Positions 49,901 to 64,000 of a DNA stretch of 64,000 nucleotides are shown here, piece after piece (the first letter of the stretch is position 1; the number at the start of each line of letters is the position of its first letter). A program made the translations under genes and the position numbers. Location of the stretch: contig CM120640.1 in assembly GCA_051362555.1 (NCBI GenBank), forward strand, positions 55,034,788 through 55,098,787, written 5' to 3'. The notes beneath the pieces were generated by a model. The model saw only the letters and a program-made list of their open reading frames with translations. It had not been told where the DNA came from and made no database searches. The DNA comes from Lingula anatina. Lineage: Eukaryota; Animalia; Brachiopoda.

Positions 49901-52900
49901 ACAGAAATCAATTAAAAGTGTGTGCTAAAGGTAAGAAACTTTTACTGTGTTGCTGGTATCTAAACATGTCCATGTTAAAAATTTGAGTGTTACTGGGGGG
50001 AACATTACAATCCAGAGACAGGGAGGATACATGGCTAAGATACCACACTTGACCATGCTTGTGTTCACATAAATAAGGCAGACTTATTTAGGCTTAAAAT
50101 TCAATACTTTCAACCTTTTAAATGTGAGCACAATTAAATTGGAGGCCAAATCTTGCAGGCCTGAATGCTGAAGCACACGCCCCTTACAATAACACTTTTT
50201 CCCTTTTATTAACAGCTTGATAGCATGAAAGCCATGCAGCATTCAGCCCTGGAGATGCTAATAAAGGTTGGGTGTACAAAGCACACATTTAAAGATTAAG
50301 GACAGTGGATTGGTCAAAGTGAAAATAAACTTCAAAACATTACCATTCTATCTCAAGATAACTTTTTATATTTCTCTACCATATGAAAAAAGAAATCCCA
50401 TGACCAAACCACTGCCCCACTAACCTTGTAAGAATTTGGTGCTGTTAATGAGACAGACTATTAGAACTCAATTTGTCTACTCTAATTGACAAGAATATTA
50501 ACCATAAAGGTATTTGGCTTAAAACCTTAAATTTAGATTAATCAACACTATCTTCTACAAAGAAACTAATATACAAAAATATTTATATAAAAAAAAAAGC
50601 AAATTGTAATAGCCATTTCTATGCAAATCTAAGCTTGTTTAGCAAAACATGCAATGTCCTAGATAAATTAAGTTTTGTTCAAAATCTGAGGGATAATGGC
50701 CTAAATGAAAACAGGCCACATCATTCATTTCTCTTTTTTCAAAATATCTATCAATTTTGGCACTTTTGTATGAAAAATGCTTGCTCTTCTTTTTGTGCAT
50801 TTCTGAGGGGTCAGATACTATCTAGCGAAAATTTATGATAAAAGAGCAAACTCTTCTCTTTCAGAGATGTGTATCATTCTCCATGAATAATAACAAATAA
50901 TATTTTGGTTTCCTATACTGTTGTTTAATCCCCCTGCTGCCAATGCCCAATAAGACATGCACTTGAGATAGAAAATTACTTCTGACAGAGTTTAACTGAA
51001 ATGAACCCAACTGATGGTATAACATCTGAAAATACCCTTATTTCAGTTAGATAAAAGTATATCATTAACTACAATAAATGGAAAAATTGCTAATTACTCA
51101 ACTGCACTACATAGCAGGCTAGAATAACGAGTAAGTACCTGCTGTAAAGCCGTGTCCTGGGGAAATGGAATGTCACGGAAATCTGCATCATCATCTTCAC
51201 TACTTGAATGCAGAGGGTGGCCACCGACCTGAAGTACATTGACAGGAGTTCCTCCCTTATAGAACAAAATACAGGAAATGACCAATTTTAAGGTCAGGTT
51301 AGTTGTATACTCACCACCACTCACCATCACTCTTAAAGGGTTAATATATATACCACATTTATCAAGATAATCTATATAATTTAACAATTTAAAATTTCCA
51401 ACAAAATTTACATCAATAAATAAATGAATAATGGATATGTGCCATTGCAATTCTGGTGGACTTGCACAAATTCTCCAGTGATTCACATGTACAGAGACTG
51501 TTTTATCCAAAAAGCACAACTCAGACTATGCAAATCTATACTATACTTGCTAAAAGTGAGACCATAAGACTCCAACCCTTAGAGAAAAAAGTTCCCAGCA
51601 CCCGCTGTCTACTTACCAGTTCAACTGTGTTCTTTTTATTGACCTCTGCTAAAACTCCAGAAGTAAACCTCTCCCACTTTTGCCTCACATCTTCATCCAA
51701 CTCTATGAATGCAAAAGAAACAGACAGTCACACACTGGAGTTGTTTGCTCACAAAAAAGTACCAACTTAACAATTTTACCTTTTTAAACTTAGGCTACAC
51801 ATTGGGGTCAGATACTATCTAGTGAAAAAACTTCATGAGATTATGTCTTCTTTTCAGATTTATGCATCATCCCCCAAGATACCACAGAATAACGACATGA
51901 TTTTTCCCCTGAAATCTATTATGCTACACAGAACAAGCTACTTGCTCATAGTATTGCAAATATACTAATGCTGAATTCTGTAACAAATTTCACTCATAAG
52001 ATACCTTTAAATATTTGTTTAATGTGATCACTATTGTTTCCTTTATCCATGCAGTCCACAATATCATTGGCAATTTTTGTGGTATGGCCCATATGACCTC
52101 TCCTGCGACCACCAGGCCTTGACCTACAGCAGACAATAATTCTTATTAACATGCAACACAATTCTCTCAATTGTATCACTGCAAAATTAAGTACATGTCT
52201 AACTAGCAAAAAACATTGAATAAATTATAAATCAAACACCACTATCCCTCTGTTCATATATATAAAACATAAAAGCATCCACAGAGTCAACAGAAATAAT
52301 TCATAAATTAAAGATAATTAAAGATAATAATTTTTTCAAGGGGATAATACCTCAATATTTGTTCAATAATTGACAATTTTTGAAATAATTTTCTCTTGAG
52401 AAGCCAGGTTTTATACTTACTGATCTTGCTCATTAATTTCAAAAGACTCTAAAATCCTCTGCACTATTCTACAATCTAAAAACAACTGCAAAAGAATAAT
52501 AAATCACATTAATCAAGATGGAATATGCTCATTAAGCAGAACTTTTTCTCCAAAAATATGGTAAATGACATAGTAACAAACATAGGCAGTCATCAAAAGA
52601 CAATAAGAAGCACATATAACTGAATAATTAACTCAATTTACATAAAAAGCTGAAAAACATGTCATACAAAACCTGAAAGACAATATATACTGTGCACTCT
52701 GAGAAAATTACATTATAATAGAATAGACATTCCCGAACTTGAAATCAGTCCTTCCATTAATCGATAAATCTAACATAATCCAGACATGAAAATAAAATAG
52801 GCTTACTTGATCTAGAAGCACATTTTCCTGTTTTCCTTCATTTTCTGTAGGTGTATTGGTTAGTATTGTATAAACACATTGTTCCAACTGGGTATGAAGG

Positions 52901-55900
52901 AAATTGTTCCATATATATTTAAAATGGAGATCCTGCAAACAAAAATGGATAATATGTTGAATTAAAAATTACATAATTAAATACAACACCAGAACAGATC
53001 CAACATAGCTCATCATGTAAAAGCATCTTCTTCTTACCTGAGAACAGATTTATATCATAGAAATTTTAAGAAATACTGATGTTACATACATCATATCATT
53101 TTGATTAAAAATTCAGTCAAAATATCTTACAAACACAGAAAATTTAACCTACCAATAAAACATTCATGGTTCCCAAATTAGCTAACTCTGAATTAATTGC
53201 ATTTGTATTTGTGAGTAATAGGGAGGTCACCAATCTGGCCACATGTAATCTGGAGTTCCCCAAAGGAGGATCAAGTGATCCAACTGTAGTGGGCATTGCA
53301 CTATATTTTTGCTGAAAGGGAAAAATTTTGGATATAAGAGAAATATATTTAAGTCACATCCATCTGTAACCAAAGAGAAAACTAAAAAATTTTCAAGTTC
53401 TTTTTCACAAATATATAAAACAGTAATCACGAAACTTGGTTTCTGATTTCTATTAAGAATAAAAAGTTAGAAATATTATAGCATTCAATTCCCTTGCAAA
53501 AAAAATTCCAACCTTAAACCACAGATGCTTCAATCTGTATAAACCAAGAAATACACTCACTTTAGGAGGGTTGAGGAGAACTTGATGAAAATCTTTCAAC
53601 CTTGGCGTGACTGCCATTAGTGTATTGCTCACACCTAAGGCAAGGCGTTCAGCATCTAATGGTGTCATTTCTTCTTGTAAGCCTTCAGGACTGAATTTGC
53701 AGAAAGAACGTGCAAAAATGCCATATAAATCTTTCCTTTAATGCCTTAGTAATGTTAGGGTACAATCTGCAAAGCTAAACATCAAAATTTCTAGTTCAAC
53801 ATTTAATTAACTATTAATAAGCATTTTGCATATTGTGGTAACAGCTTCAACACTAAATTAATATATACCCTGTTTTTCTGAACTCTATTAGACACTGTAT
53901 CACAGTCAGTCCATCCGTGAGAACAGTTTCCTTCTTCTCTCCATTGAACATGTGACAGAGGAGGTCACTCACTGTATCTTGACTGAAAAGGTCAGGGAGG
54001 AGATGTGACTCATAGCACTCAAAGACAATTATGTTGGAAAAACAACATTAATTTCTTCCATTACCTTAGCATTGACATAAATCAGTAATTGGAACTTTAG
54101 TGTCATTACTACAACATATCAGTTGAGAAGTGTAAGATGAACAAGGTTTTTAAATAGTACTCACGCTTCAACAGTAGCTAATAAAGGGTCTGGGTCACAT
54201 TTATCTTGTAACTGTGACATTTGCTCTCTGCTGAGCCTTATTATATCACACAGAGACTGGGAAGCATTGCTTTGTTTCTGAAAATGAAGATGTAACATAT
54301 GCAAAGCTTTGTCACCAGAGAGTGAAATGTGTATGTAAAAAAGTAGTTTTTAATCAAAATCAAAACTAAAGAAATCAGATGTAAAGAAAATGGACCCTTA
54401 CCTCCTCATCTTCTGAGGGGTCAATCATGGCAACTAATTTTTGTATAAGTTTTTCCTCATTTAGCCACTGAAATATAAAAGTCAGCCCAAGTTAAGTTTT
54501 TGTACAAGTTAACTGCTTATATCTTATCAATTACATGATAAAAGATGCTACAGTGCTAATCAAAATGCAAATATATCTGAAAAACACTGTGGCCAATGGA
54601 TTACTTTTTTCCCCAACCTGATAACATTCTTGACCTTTATCTGAGCAAGTAGTGAACACTTACATTTAATATTGCATTTCTGGTTTCTGCAATTTCCACG
54701 CAAGTGATAAGCCTAAGAAGTAAGTCCATAATTGCAGAGGTACCTATATGATGCAGTAAATTGCCAACAAAATTATCCCTAGACTTCAAATAATCCAACA
54801 TCTGAAACAAAAACAATCATCAATTAATATATCAAACTTAAATATGAGAAATTTCCAAAATCTGCTACCAAGACAAGCCACACTACAAACTTAAAGCACA
54901 CAGCATTTTCACTTATGGAGTCTGTATGTTTGCCATCCAGACATCAAACTTTCATGGTTAACCATTCTGATGTATGATTCAACAGTCATGTAAGGCCTGC
55001 AACATACAGGCCAGTGCATACTGCTACTATATCCAGTTTCAACCAAAAAATTTATCCTATTGAAAGAAAGAAGTACTTACAAACTCAGATTTCTTGTTGA
55101 TAAGCAGACCCATGATCTTGCTGAAGAAGCTTGCTAAAAGTGGGTTCAAAGGCCCCTCTGCCTCCAAAAACCCGTATATTTTGGCCAACAGGGCCTCATC
55201 AGCCACAAGTCTTTCTGTGATCTGAGCTACATCTGAGGTCAGCAGTTCACAAGCCGTGTTTGGATATCTGATATAAAAAGACATTGTGCATTTAAAAAAC
55301 CTGCAAATACTAACAAATTTTTATTGTATGTTTTATTATGGGAGATAAATGATATGACAGACACTGAGTAATAAACAGTTGAGATGAATTCTTTGAAATC
55401 TTGGCTCTTCAGATTTAGATTAATCAATTTTAAAACCTACTTATCCATTATTACTGTTTATATTTATTCTTACTACCCATTCATCTCTTTATTATATTAC
55501 AGACATGCTGAAAACTTTTCAGAATGGCCGGACATTTGGACCGGCAGTAATGAAAAATTTGCCGGACCGAATGGATTTTTGTCGGACCGAAAATCACCCT
55601 ATTCCTTTGAGACAGATAGTACCAGTACGATTAGGTTGCTTACTTTGTTTGTGAATGTGATAGGTTTGAAATGGAAGGGAAAAAACACTTTGGGTTTTAT
55701 ATAATTTTATTAGTGAAGTATGTCGAAAGATGACTGTAAATTCAAAATTGTAGTTCTTAAAACTCTTGTCGGTCCTTTGGACTGACCAAGTCCAATTTTC
55801 TACCTGTCCAGACAAATTTTCCCGGTCACGACCGATCGGACCAACATTTTCAGCATGTCTGTATTAAAACTGTTTCAGCTCAGTGTTGTGACATACTTGT

Positions 55901-57747
55901 ACTTGACTTTATCTTCTAAACTTTCATCTGGTTCCGTTGTAACAAGGTTGACCATCTCTTCCATCACCTCAGGACGGATCAAACTGGATCAAAACAATGG
56001 AGACGTTTACTTTTGTATAGTTCATAAAGTCATTATCATGTCAGGGTTTCTAAACATGAATTGTGTGAAACATTTAATGACAAAAATTTAGATAATTTCA
56101 AAGTAAGTTTTAAGAAAATTTACAAAAAAAAAGATCTATCATATAAATTGTACATTATGCATTATATCAAAAAATCACAAAAATCATAGCACAGGCTTCA
56201 GACTGCTAAAATCGTCAAGTATACCAACTTTGCTCGCACCTGTAGTCCATGCACAGAACATAGTCATTTTTCATTTTGGTGTGATGATTGGCAATAATCT
56301 TTTTTCGTGGTCTATATAAAACTACAAGACAACTGGTGCATATTCTTCATCTTTAACTTGAGCACAAAAATACTTTTTTTACGTCAAGTTGTCCCCAATA
56401 TATGAGCTAAATAAATAAAACGAGATTAAAAACAAACATGAAAAGAGACAAGTTCGTCTTTTAAAAAGATATCACTTACAAATCCAGTAACTTCCTGTTT
56501 TGTGCCTTGCATTCTTGCAACACATCATCCTCATCCATCAATTCATGAAGTGTCACATCCTGAATAAATAATAGTAATTAAGTTTTAAAAAAAACCATCC
56601 AGACAAAAAGGCAAGGGCCTATATTAAGCTCGGACTAGGTACATACTCATGGATAAATCAACGCAAAAAGGCAAATGGTGGAGAATTTCTAGCTTTAAAA
56701 AGCAACTGATTTTTGTCTGTGATGGTTAAAATATCATTGAGTACATGAATAATGAATGTCTTTGTTTAGTTATAAGATCAAAGTCCTACTAACTAATCTA
56801 ACAATGTTCAACGGAAATACAACTGATGAACTGGCACTCCTTGTTCTTGAAGTAAACAGGCACACAAACACCCCTCCAATAAATAAAATACAAGCTAAAT
56901 TTGCCTAAATACGGTCTTTTTCAAGGCACAAAGGCCGAATCAAATTGAAGGCAACTGTTGCACATAAAGACTATTGCAATCCACTAATGCTGTGTGAATA
57001 GTTTAACAATGTAACACCTATATTAACTTAGACCACATTCATGAGTTGAGCCAGGCTTTACAAATCCTGGAACTAAATATGGCAGACGTACATGAAAGAA
57101 AAAACACCTAATATTTTAATAGTCTCTCAACCTCTCACACGCCTCCCCACGCGTCGTCCCTGCGGGGGTACAGTCATTAAATCTCAGCTCCATATATATA
57201 GGGGAAATAGACATATCCCCTCATGCTCTTTGAAATATTGTCACAAGATTCTGTCTGATGACTAAACTTTTGAGGTTCATCTTTTTTTGGGCAGACAGAC
57301 CTTACAGGCCTGGTATTAAATTGGCTTTATGCCAATAAGTGGGGTTTCATTTCATTAAAATTCACAAGAGACTACCATCTAAGAACCTGTGGTATTAACT
57401 AATCTTATTGTAGTTAAAAATAACAAATTGTTTATTCACTAGACTTTGATCATGTTGTAATCAAGACACAACAGTCACTCTTAGAACAATCATTCAACAT
57501 TTGCATCAAATCATTTCACATGATATCAACATTTTTCATACCAATTTAATATGACCCTACAATCATTCAACAACAGACAATGTGTGGGGCAATATATATA
57601 TATATATATATATATATATCATAACAAATACTGCCATTCTCTGTATTGCTGTATTAAATAATATTGAGATCAAAAGAACTAAATACCTACCTCCTTGTCA
57701 AGAAGAGTGTCTATGTGGGAATTCAACAAATGAAACTTCCAAAACAT
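42104..57747 (-). CDS. PPP6R3: Serine/threonine-protein phosphatase 6 regulatory subunit (SAPS domain), spliced, about 1016 aa
   Basis: Exons: 57691-57747, 56480-56559, 55897-55983, 55081-55267, 54664-54801, 54402-54467, 54165-54277, 53869-53982, 53561-53690, 53153-53311, 52807-52932, 52421-52485, 52005-52123, 51617-51702, 51139-51228, 49612-49709, 46266-46326, 45938-46065, 45638-45810, 44859-45105, 44584-44672, 44237-44366, 43882-44058, 43322-43423, 42405-42542, 42104-42194. Total 3051 nt with consistent phases. Motifs: '[41 protein letters not shown]', '[12 protein letters not shown]', '[11 protein letters not shown]', 'KYIWNNFLH', 'RRGHMGH', '[20 protein letters not shown]', C-terminal 'NGPV*'. 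Confidence 0.95.
46727..48810 (-). mobile_element. Second Helentron-like element with about 6 diverged ~146-bp units and (TA)n
   Basis: Same termini as 33465-37190 (ctagaggatcagagaggcgataccgcctc ... gtaccgccagcgtacacgctggtggtac); array at about 47140-48010. Confidence 0.8.
50806..50884 (-). ncRNA. Second paralogous C/D-box snoRNA candidate (C box more degenerate)
   Basis: D box CTGA at 50811-50814, guide 50816-50830 a 15-nt complement of LSU rRNA UACUAUCUAGCGAAA, D' at 50861-50864, C-like ATGATAC near 50871-50877; same layout as 51802-51877. Confidence 0.6.
51802..51877 (-). ncRNA. Candidate intronic C/D-box snoRNA guiding 28S rRNA 2'-O-methylation
   Basis: Minus strand reads ttggggg-ATGATGC (C box)-CTGA (D')-ATGAAG (C')-guide TTTCACTAGATAGTA-t-CTGA (D)-ccccaa. 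Terminal stem present; about 100 nt upstream of the 3' splice site; guide antisense to conserved LSU rRNA UACUAUCUAGCGAAA with one mismatch. Confidence 0.75.
55500..55861. mobile_element. hAT-like MITE
   Basis: 15-bp TIR CAGACATGCTGAAAA; 5-bp duplication TATTA; subterminal cggac/gaccg repeats. Confidence 0.78.
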
Positions 57748-57944
57748 CCTGGTATGTTGGTATCAAGCTAAAATGTGAAAAAAAGTTATATACCAAGCCA
57801 TTTGTTTCTTAGGTAATCATGGAAAATTTGTCCAGTACTTCAAACTACAACAAAATTTAATAAATGGAATATTTCTCATCCCACTCTAATAAGATTGCAA
57901 AAATAATGCATCTCTCTCTGGTAATTCAACCTTCATCCTGCTGC

Positions 57945-58058
<114 letters not shown>

Positions 58059-59249
58059 TACCTTGCTTCAAAGGATACCTTTCCAATCTTATCACCACCA
58101 CATATATGTCTTTATCCTTAGACATAACATTGGGATTATTGGAATCAAGGTCAGGTACTAATTATTTCTGATAATCTGGACTACACAAACTTAAAATAAC
58201 CAAAATAAGTCATATTAGATCCACGGAATTGTTAGTGTGCAAATCAACTTGTTCTTAATGTGCCTTTAGGCAGGTTTATACCTCTAACCTTTGCTCTCAA
58301 CTTGCATTTTGCAATTCACCAATTTTATTTTCAGTATCATCAGATATTGGAAATGCTTGGATTGGAATGTTTTATTTCCAATTTTTCCCCAACTTCATTA
58401 GAATGTTTTTGTACCCAAAATACCAAGGTCTGTGTCAAAAATAAACTTCAAATCCAACACTTACTAGCTGTTAAAGAGAAACTTTTATCTCCTTGCAGTA
58501 AAGAATAAGATAGGTCGATGAAAACAACAAACAAAATGTCAACATTTAAGTATAACAACTTTGCAATAATAATAAATAAACTCGAAATATTCTCACATGA
58601 CTATCTGTCCATTTGTTATCATATAAGGAGTAGTAGGGATAACTGAACAAAATATAATAGACAAGCACTGATGAAACAAGTAGCCATCAAATCAGTGCAA
58701 TAACCTTACTTTTGTTCTTGTTTTGACCAAAATGACATCAATTTTCCTTTGGGTGTTCTATTCAGATAAGTGCAATATTTGAAAACTGAGTATTAAACCG
58801 TTGTTTTAATATTTTATCCGTCTTGCAATTTTCTTTGTTGTCCATGAAAATTTAACAACTTCATGTCAGAAACCATACCATTACATAATGTATTGATATT
58901 GTATATGCTAAGAGGGGCATGCACACTATAGGTGCAACTCAAGAAAGATGTGAAACTGAAACCGCGCTGTTTGCAGTGCATCTCTGGATGCATGAATGGC
59001 AGTTCTATAATATGAAACATTCAAAAATTTGGTTGTACTAAACTTTGTTAATTTCATCAGCCTTAAGATTCACTTAAAATAGTTGTTAGACTTACTCAAT
59101 AAAAACATATAATGAACATTCATTTAACAGTCTGCATCAAAGGCATCAAATCGCAAAATTCTCCGCAATTCATAATTTTGGGTGATCTTACTTAACGTGA
59201 CAGTATTAATGTGCCGAATCCTTTTACCAGAAAAAGCACCAGAAAACTT

Positions 59250-59700
59250 ACCTTAAACTGAAGCTTTAGGTTTAAAATGTATAACAGGTCTTTAGAGCTA
59301 CCATTTCATGCTTCCCCAGCTTATTCAATAAATTCATTCGGCAATCAACTGACGACAAGGGTGTTAATGAAGTGAGTGTCCAAAACTCCTGAGCCTGCGG
59401 CCCTATCAACTGTCACATGAGGTCAGATATACATGTGTCGCGTAATGTACTAACTGTGTCCAACCCTCGATTCAAAGTGCTTAAATAATTGTTTTGGATA
59501 AATTTCCTAGGCGGGAAAGCAGACTCTGCTCAAAATGGCGAACATAGAAAAAACGACCCCCGTATCCCATAATACTTCAAATCTCGAATTTTAACGATCT
59601 CGCCTGGGCGCACCTGTTGCAATCAAAACTTACCTTTAGGTTGTTGCTGTTTGTTATTACTGTACTTTATCCCGGATTATGCAATCATTCAAAAATGTAT
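59250..59700 (-). promoter_or_regulatory. Probable PPP6R3 promoter and 5' non-coding exons
   Basis: Two AAG|gtaagt donors (near 59251 and 59633), CpG-enriched, YY1 motif CAAAATGGCG at 59531; the acceptor before the ATG exon is at 57768. Confidence 0.5.
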
Positions 59701-60045
59701 TTATTCAAAGGGCAATATTTTCAACAGAGAGATTAAACTAAGTACGTTACCGAACTTAGTTTTACAGAATGAGGGGTTGATCTTAGTACGACGAGCTTTA
59801 GTACAATTTATAGAATGGGTATGTAATATACTGTATGTAACGTTGATCCATCATTAACTGGCAGGTCTTTTTCGAAAGGGTCGGCTCTCAACGAACACTT
59901 GCGTTTGACTTAGGTTAGAGTGAACTTTGTGCAATGATTATGGTTATCAATGATATTAATAAATTTAAGAGCTATTTTTATATGGGAATTTTTCTTATAT
60001 GAGAATTGTGTTGCGACCCCTCTCTTGATTATTATTGTTATTATT

Positions 60046-60092
<47 letters not shown>

Positions 60093-60899
60093 TTTTTGTT
60101 ATGAATATACATGTAGTTCATGTACTGGTACCGTCACCATCACATAAATAACAGATCGTGTGATTTGAGGTAGAAAATCAATTTAACCAATTTTATTGTA
60201 CTTGAAGCAATCAGATCCTACTAATACGTACAGTTCTTTTAAAAATAAATATTGTATCGGTGTTGTATAGCAATGAAAATAGTCACTCTATGTGACTCTG
60301 AGACATTAGGAACAACAATTTGAGAATAAAATGAAGGTAACAATCTCTTCTGGATTTTCCCACCTCCTATTCAATCTGACCTTTTCCCTGGGGTTATCCT
60401 TACATGTCTAATTATACTTTATTTAATTCTTTGTTCCTGTCGCAAAAATCTAAATGTACCGAAAATACAGTTTAAGTCAGACTACGTGCGCCGCTTAAGA
60501 TAAAATATGCTCTCCTTTATCAGTGTTTAAATGGTCTGGGCTATGCTACAATCCTAGCCCAATGGCACGAGGGAACATTTAAAACAGCCCTATCCCCTCC
60601 CCACGTACCTCGCCATCGTGTCTCTTTCCATCTGTACACGCGGGTTGTTTGTACGTACTAGTTACTGAGTGTTTTATATGCATTTATATGCATTTGTTTT
60701 GGAAAACGAATGCCCTTGGTTTCGTTCTCATTTGTAGGAAAAACAGACTCATCCTACATTTTCGGTCAATCAATAATGATGAATGATAAGCCTGCCTACA
60801 TAATCGCACCCACTAACTTCCTTCTGCACTTACTCACGTAAATGTTTATTGTTTACAGCTACTCATGAATATGTATTAAGGTCGAGACGAATCATTCAT

Positions 60900-61565
60900 T
60901 GATTTAATATTTGCATATGAAGCGAGTCGCGCATGCGCCTTCATTGACCTAAGGAGAGAAACAAGAGTACGGCAGCGGAAGGTAATATTTTTTGAGAAAT
61001 ATATTTTTTCGTGATTACAGGTGACAAATATTCTTTTTTATGTTCACTGCTATAACTATTGTTTTAGAACTTATAAAATACAGGTGCTGTCATACGTGTG
61101 AATAGTAACGTGAAGGACTTTTTGGGCTCTCCGGCACATGCCGATGCATTGATCGGGAAAGAAGTGACTCACAAAATTAGGTCAAAGAAAAAGCACGTCA
61201 TTTAAGAAAAAACGACAAAATATGCCGGTGTGGTAGAGAACTGTAGAAGACTGATGACCCACGAAAAAGTGAAGCTAAAAGTACAAGTTGTCAGGAGTTT
61301 CCAATGGAATTTTCAGATATAAACAAAGAGTCTCCTTTGTTCGCAGTGTTCTGCCAATCAGGTCACGACTTGACAGGGAGGTCCCGCCTTGCAATGAGGT
61401 TCGGCTGAGCATTGCGGAATTAGACCACAAAACACAGATAGTAGAAGTTAGCGAATGTTTGTTTAAGCTGCAATGCAAATTTCCTCGAGCATAGGTTTCT
61501 GAATTATGTACTGACAACGAGAATCAGCTGGAAGAGGGAAAGCGACAGAGAAAAATAAGGTAACA
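60900..61565 (+). promoter_or_regulatory. Probable divergent promoter and 5' exons of a plus-strand gene
   Basis: NRF1-like GCGCATGCGC near 60929, CpG enrichment, donors AG|gtaat (60981) and AG|gtaac (61560), followed by T-rich intron-like sequence to the window end. No coding exon recognised. Confidence 0.45.
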
Positions 61566-64000
61566 TGTGGATTGTTATTTATAGCTGTGGAGAGTTCATG
61601 ACCGGTTACTGGGTTTTTAATCAGGTCAGATTCAGGCAAGCAGTTCGTCGTACTAGGTTGAGGTGAAAGGTAATAGTTGATAACTTAAATATTGACATGA
61701 AGTCACGTACTTAAAAATAACAGCGCATAATATCTTATTTAGTACTGTCCATGCGTCAGCGAGCTGGGCTGACGTCTCAGATCTTTAAATTTGCTAGCGT
61801 TGGGGTTTTTTTCTAGGCGAAGATATTTTTCAACGATTCGTTCTTGCCAGATCGACAAAGACAAGGCAGTTTTGACTGTTGTATATATAGTATATATGTC
61901 ATTGAAGTAAGTAGAATTTCCAAGTTAATTGCGTTTAACTTTGTGGGGTGTCTGTGTTTCAAAATTCAGTTTTTTTTAATAGATTGCCTTGTTAACCATA
62001 TGTCTATGAAGATGGCAGAATATTTCAGTCATGTGTTTAGGGAATACACATATTAGTAGCAGGTATTCTGTGTTTGTGAAAAAAGAGCGTGAGCACAGAA
62101 ACGTTTTAGACTATGGTATACTGTTAACTGAATTAATGGTAGTTAACATCAGGCAGAAATCGCACTGTAATAACTCAGAAAGAAATTGAGGTGCTATTTA
62201 AGTTGTATCAAGTTGTATTAAGTTGTCAAGAATGTATTACCATGTATGTAATACATTGTTGGTTATATATGGTATGTATATGTGTGTGTTCTACAAAATG
62301 GTCAAGTCAAATATGCATGTATTTCCTCACCAAACAGTCTTGGAAGCCAGTGATATTACCAGTAATTCTGGTCAGCATATTCCAAATGATAACCTCCCCC
62401 ATAATTAACAGCTTCCTTTGCTTTGTGACATTTTCAGTATCAGTTTATGTATTGTTATTATGTAAATTAGATTTGGTACTTCTTCCCTGAGGTCTCTCTG
62501 AGGGGGGAACTCACAAGGTGCCAGAACTGGACACCAAAAGTTATATAATCCACTCTCAGCTCTTTATTAGTCCTGCCTCTAAGGTAATCTGAGTTAACCT
62601 TCGGTATTATGTAATATTAGAACATTTAGTATGGTTGTGGATTATTCTGGCTTCCTTGTGAATGAAACTTAAGGCTGTTTGTTGTACAGTAACAGCAAGG
62701 AAATGGGTTTTAGCATCACGTCTCATTTTTTTCCAGGAACAAAAGAGTGTTTAAGATTTTATGAAGTTGTTTGTTTACATTTTTTTATTCTGATGGCATA
62801 TAGGGATACATACCGTGTGCATTGTTACCTTCATGTTGATGTCACAGGCATAAAAATAGCAGTATCACATACTCTAAGTTTGATCCTACAGGTCAGAGGT
62901 AATGAAAATAGATTAAAATTTGCACCTGGCCTCATCTTCTTTGTGCTTTTTAGAGTTACTGGTGGCTATAGAAATGCACAAGTTCAGATATATTGACCAT
63001 TTGCCTAGATAGATTTATACAATACTTCAAAAGTGGTTGTGTAATTTCCTAACTCATTGATTTTTATGATGGACAGACAAAGAAATGTGCATGTCACTTC
63101 CAAAAATGTATATATCATTGTTCAGTGCATTAATTTTGTAATCTGTGGTATGAAACATGGCCTTTTTAAAATTCAAAATATCCTCTTTGTAATCTGAGCT
63201 CTTTGTAATTAGTGTGGAGTGAGCGTATCATATAGAACTGATTCAACATGATAATATGTAGGTCTGAGAGATGTTATGTATGTACCTTTGATGTTGTATG
63301 GAAATTACACCTTAATGTTGCCACCTCAGTTTTGTCCTGCTGTGCACAATATGTGCACCTCTATAGTATTTCAAAACAACATTGACCAATATTTATTTGG
63401 CATAGCTTGTGTGCACAGTTAATTTCAATTTTGCATTGCCTATCAGTTTTGCTTTTCATAGTGTGATATCAACATACCTTTTGTGCCCTTCCTTTAAAAT
63501 ATTCTTTATTTGGTTAAGTAAGGTTATATGCACCGAGTGGTATATGTACCTCAAGGTTATCACGTATCATTGTGTGTACTTACATTGGTTGTTTATGAAC
63601 TAGTTCTGAGAAAAAGTCAATGATCTGATTTCCATACAGCTTTGTGTTAGCATTGACAGTAGTGCATATACTGTATATGGAAGTTTGTTTGTGTTTTCAC
63701 CGGGATATTGTTATACTAATTATTTAATGGTAATAATGTTGGATGTGGAGAGTTGCCAACATTCATTGCCCTTATATTGTTTGAGTGTGACAATATATAT
63801 TACAAAATCATATGATAAAAATTTTCATGGAATGTGTCAGCTTAGATCTTTGTGAGTGAGGCATTGTGGACTTTGAACTTTCCTTATTTTCACATACAGG
63901 CAGCAGAACTGTTTATTTTGAAATTTGATTCCTTTGTGCTCCCTAGCCTTAATTTATTCAATGACTGAAGTCTGAAGTATCTAGAGTTGCTCTTAGTGCA

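Noticed and set aside
61275-61517. ORFs of 68-80 aa near the plus-strand promoter
   Set aside because: No recognisable domain and non-ATG starts; more likely 5' UTR.

Overview
AT-rich animal genomic DNA, probably a mollusc-like lophotrochozoan (inferred from gene and repeat style only). It holds two complete intron-rich genes in tandem on the minus strand. The first is a PP6 regulatory subunit (PPP6R3/SAPS family, 26 coding exons, about 1016 aa, 57747-42104). The second is a PX-PH phospholipase D (PLD1/2 family, 26 coding exons, about 1696 aa, 38623-13028) whose loop region carries a skippable 651-codon low-complexity exon. The left end appears to hold the promoter and non-coding 5' exons of a third minus-strand gene, and a divergent plus-strand promoter lies near 60.9-61.6 kb. 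Introns carry many non-autonomous DNA transposons (Kolobok-, piggyBac-, Harbinger- and hAT-like MITEs, a foldback element, two Helentron-type elements with 146-bp satellite arrays). Main highlights: (1) two paralogous C/D-box snoRNA candidates in PPP6R3 introns with guides matching 28S rRNA; (2) an inverted copy of PLD exon 4 captured inside a MITE in a downstream PLD intron and later split by a Kolobok insertion; (3) a 1.2-kb inverted transposon pair bracketing the PLD catalytic exons; (4) satellite units each carrying a perfect DR1 plus ERR/SF-1 nuclear-receptor site. All coordinates were read by eye; no alignments or searches were run.
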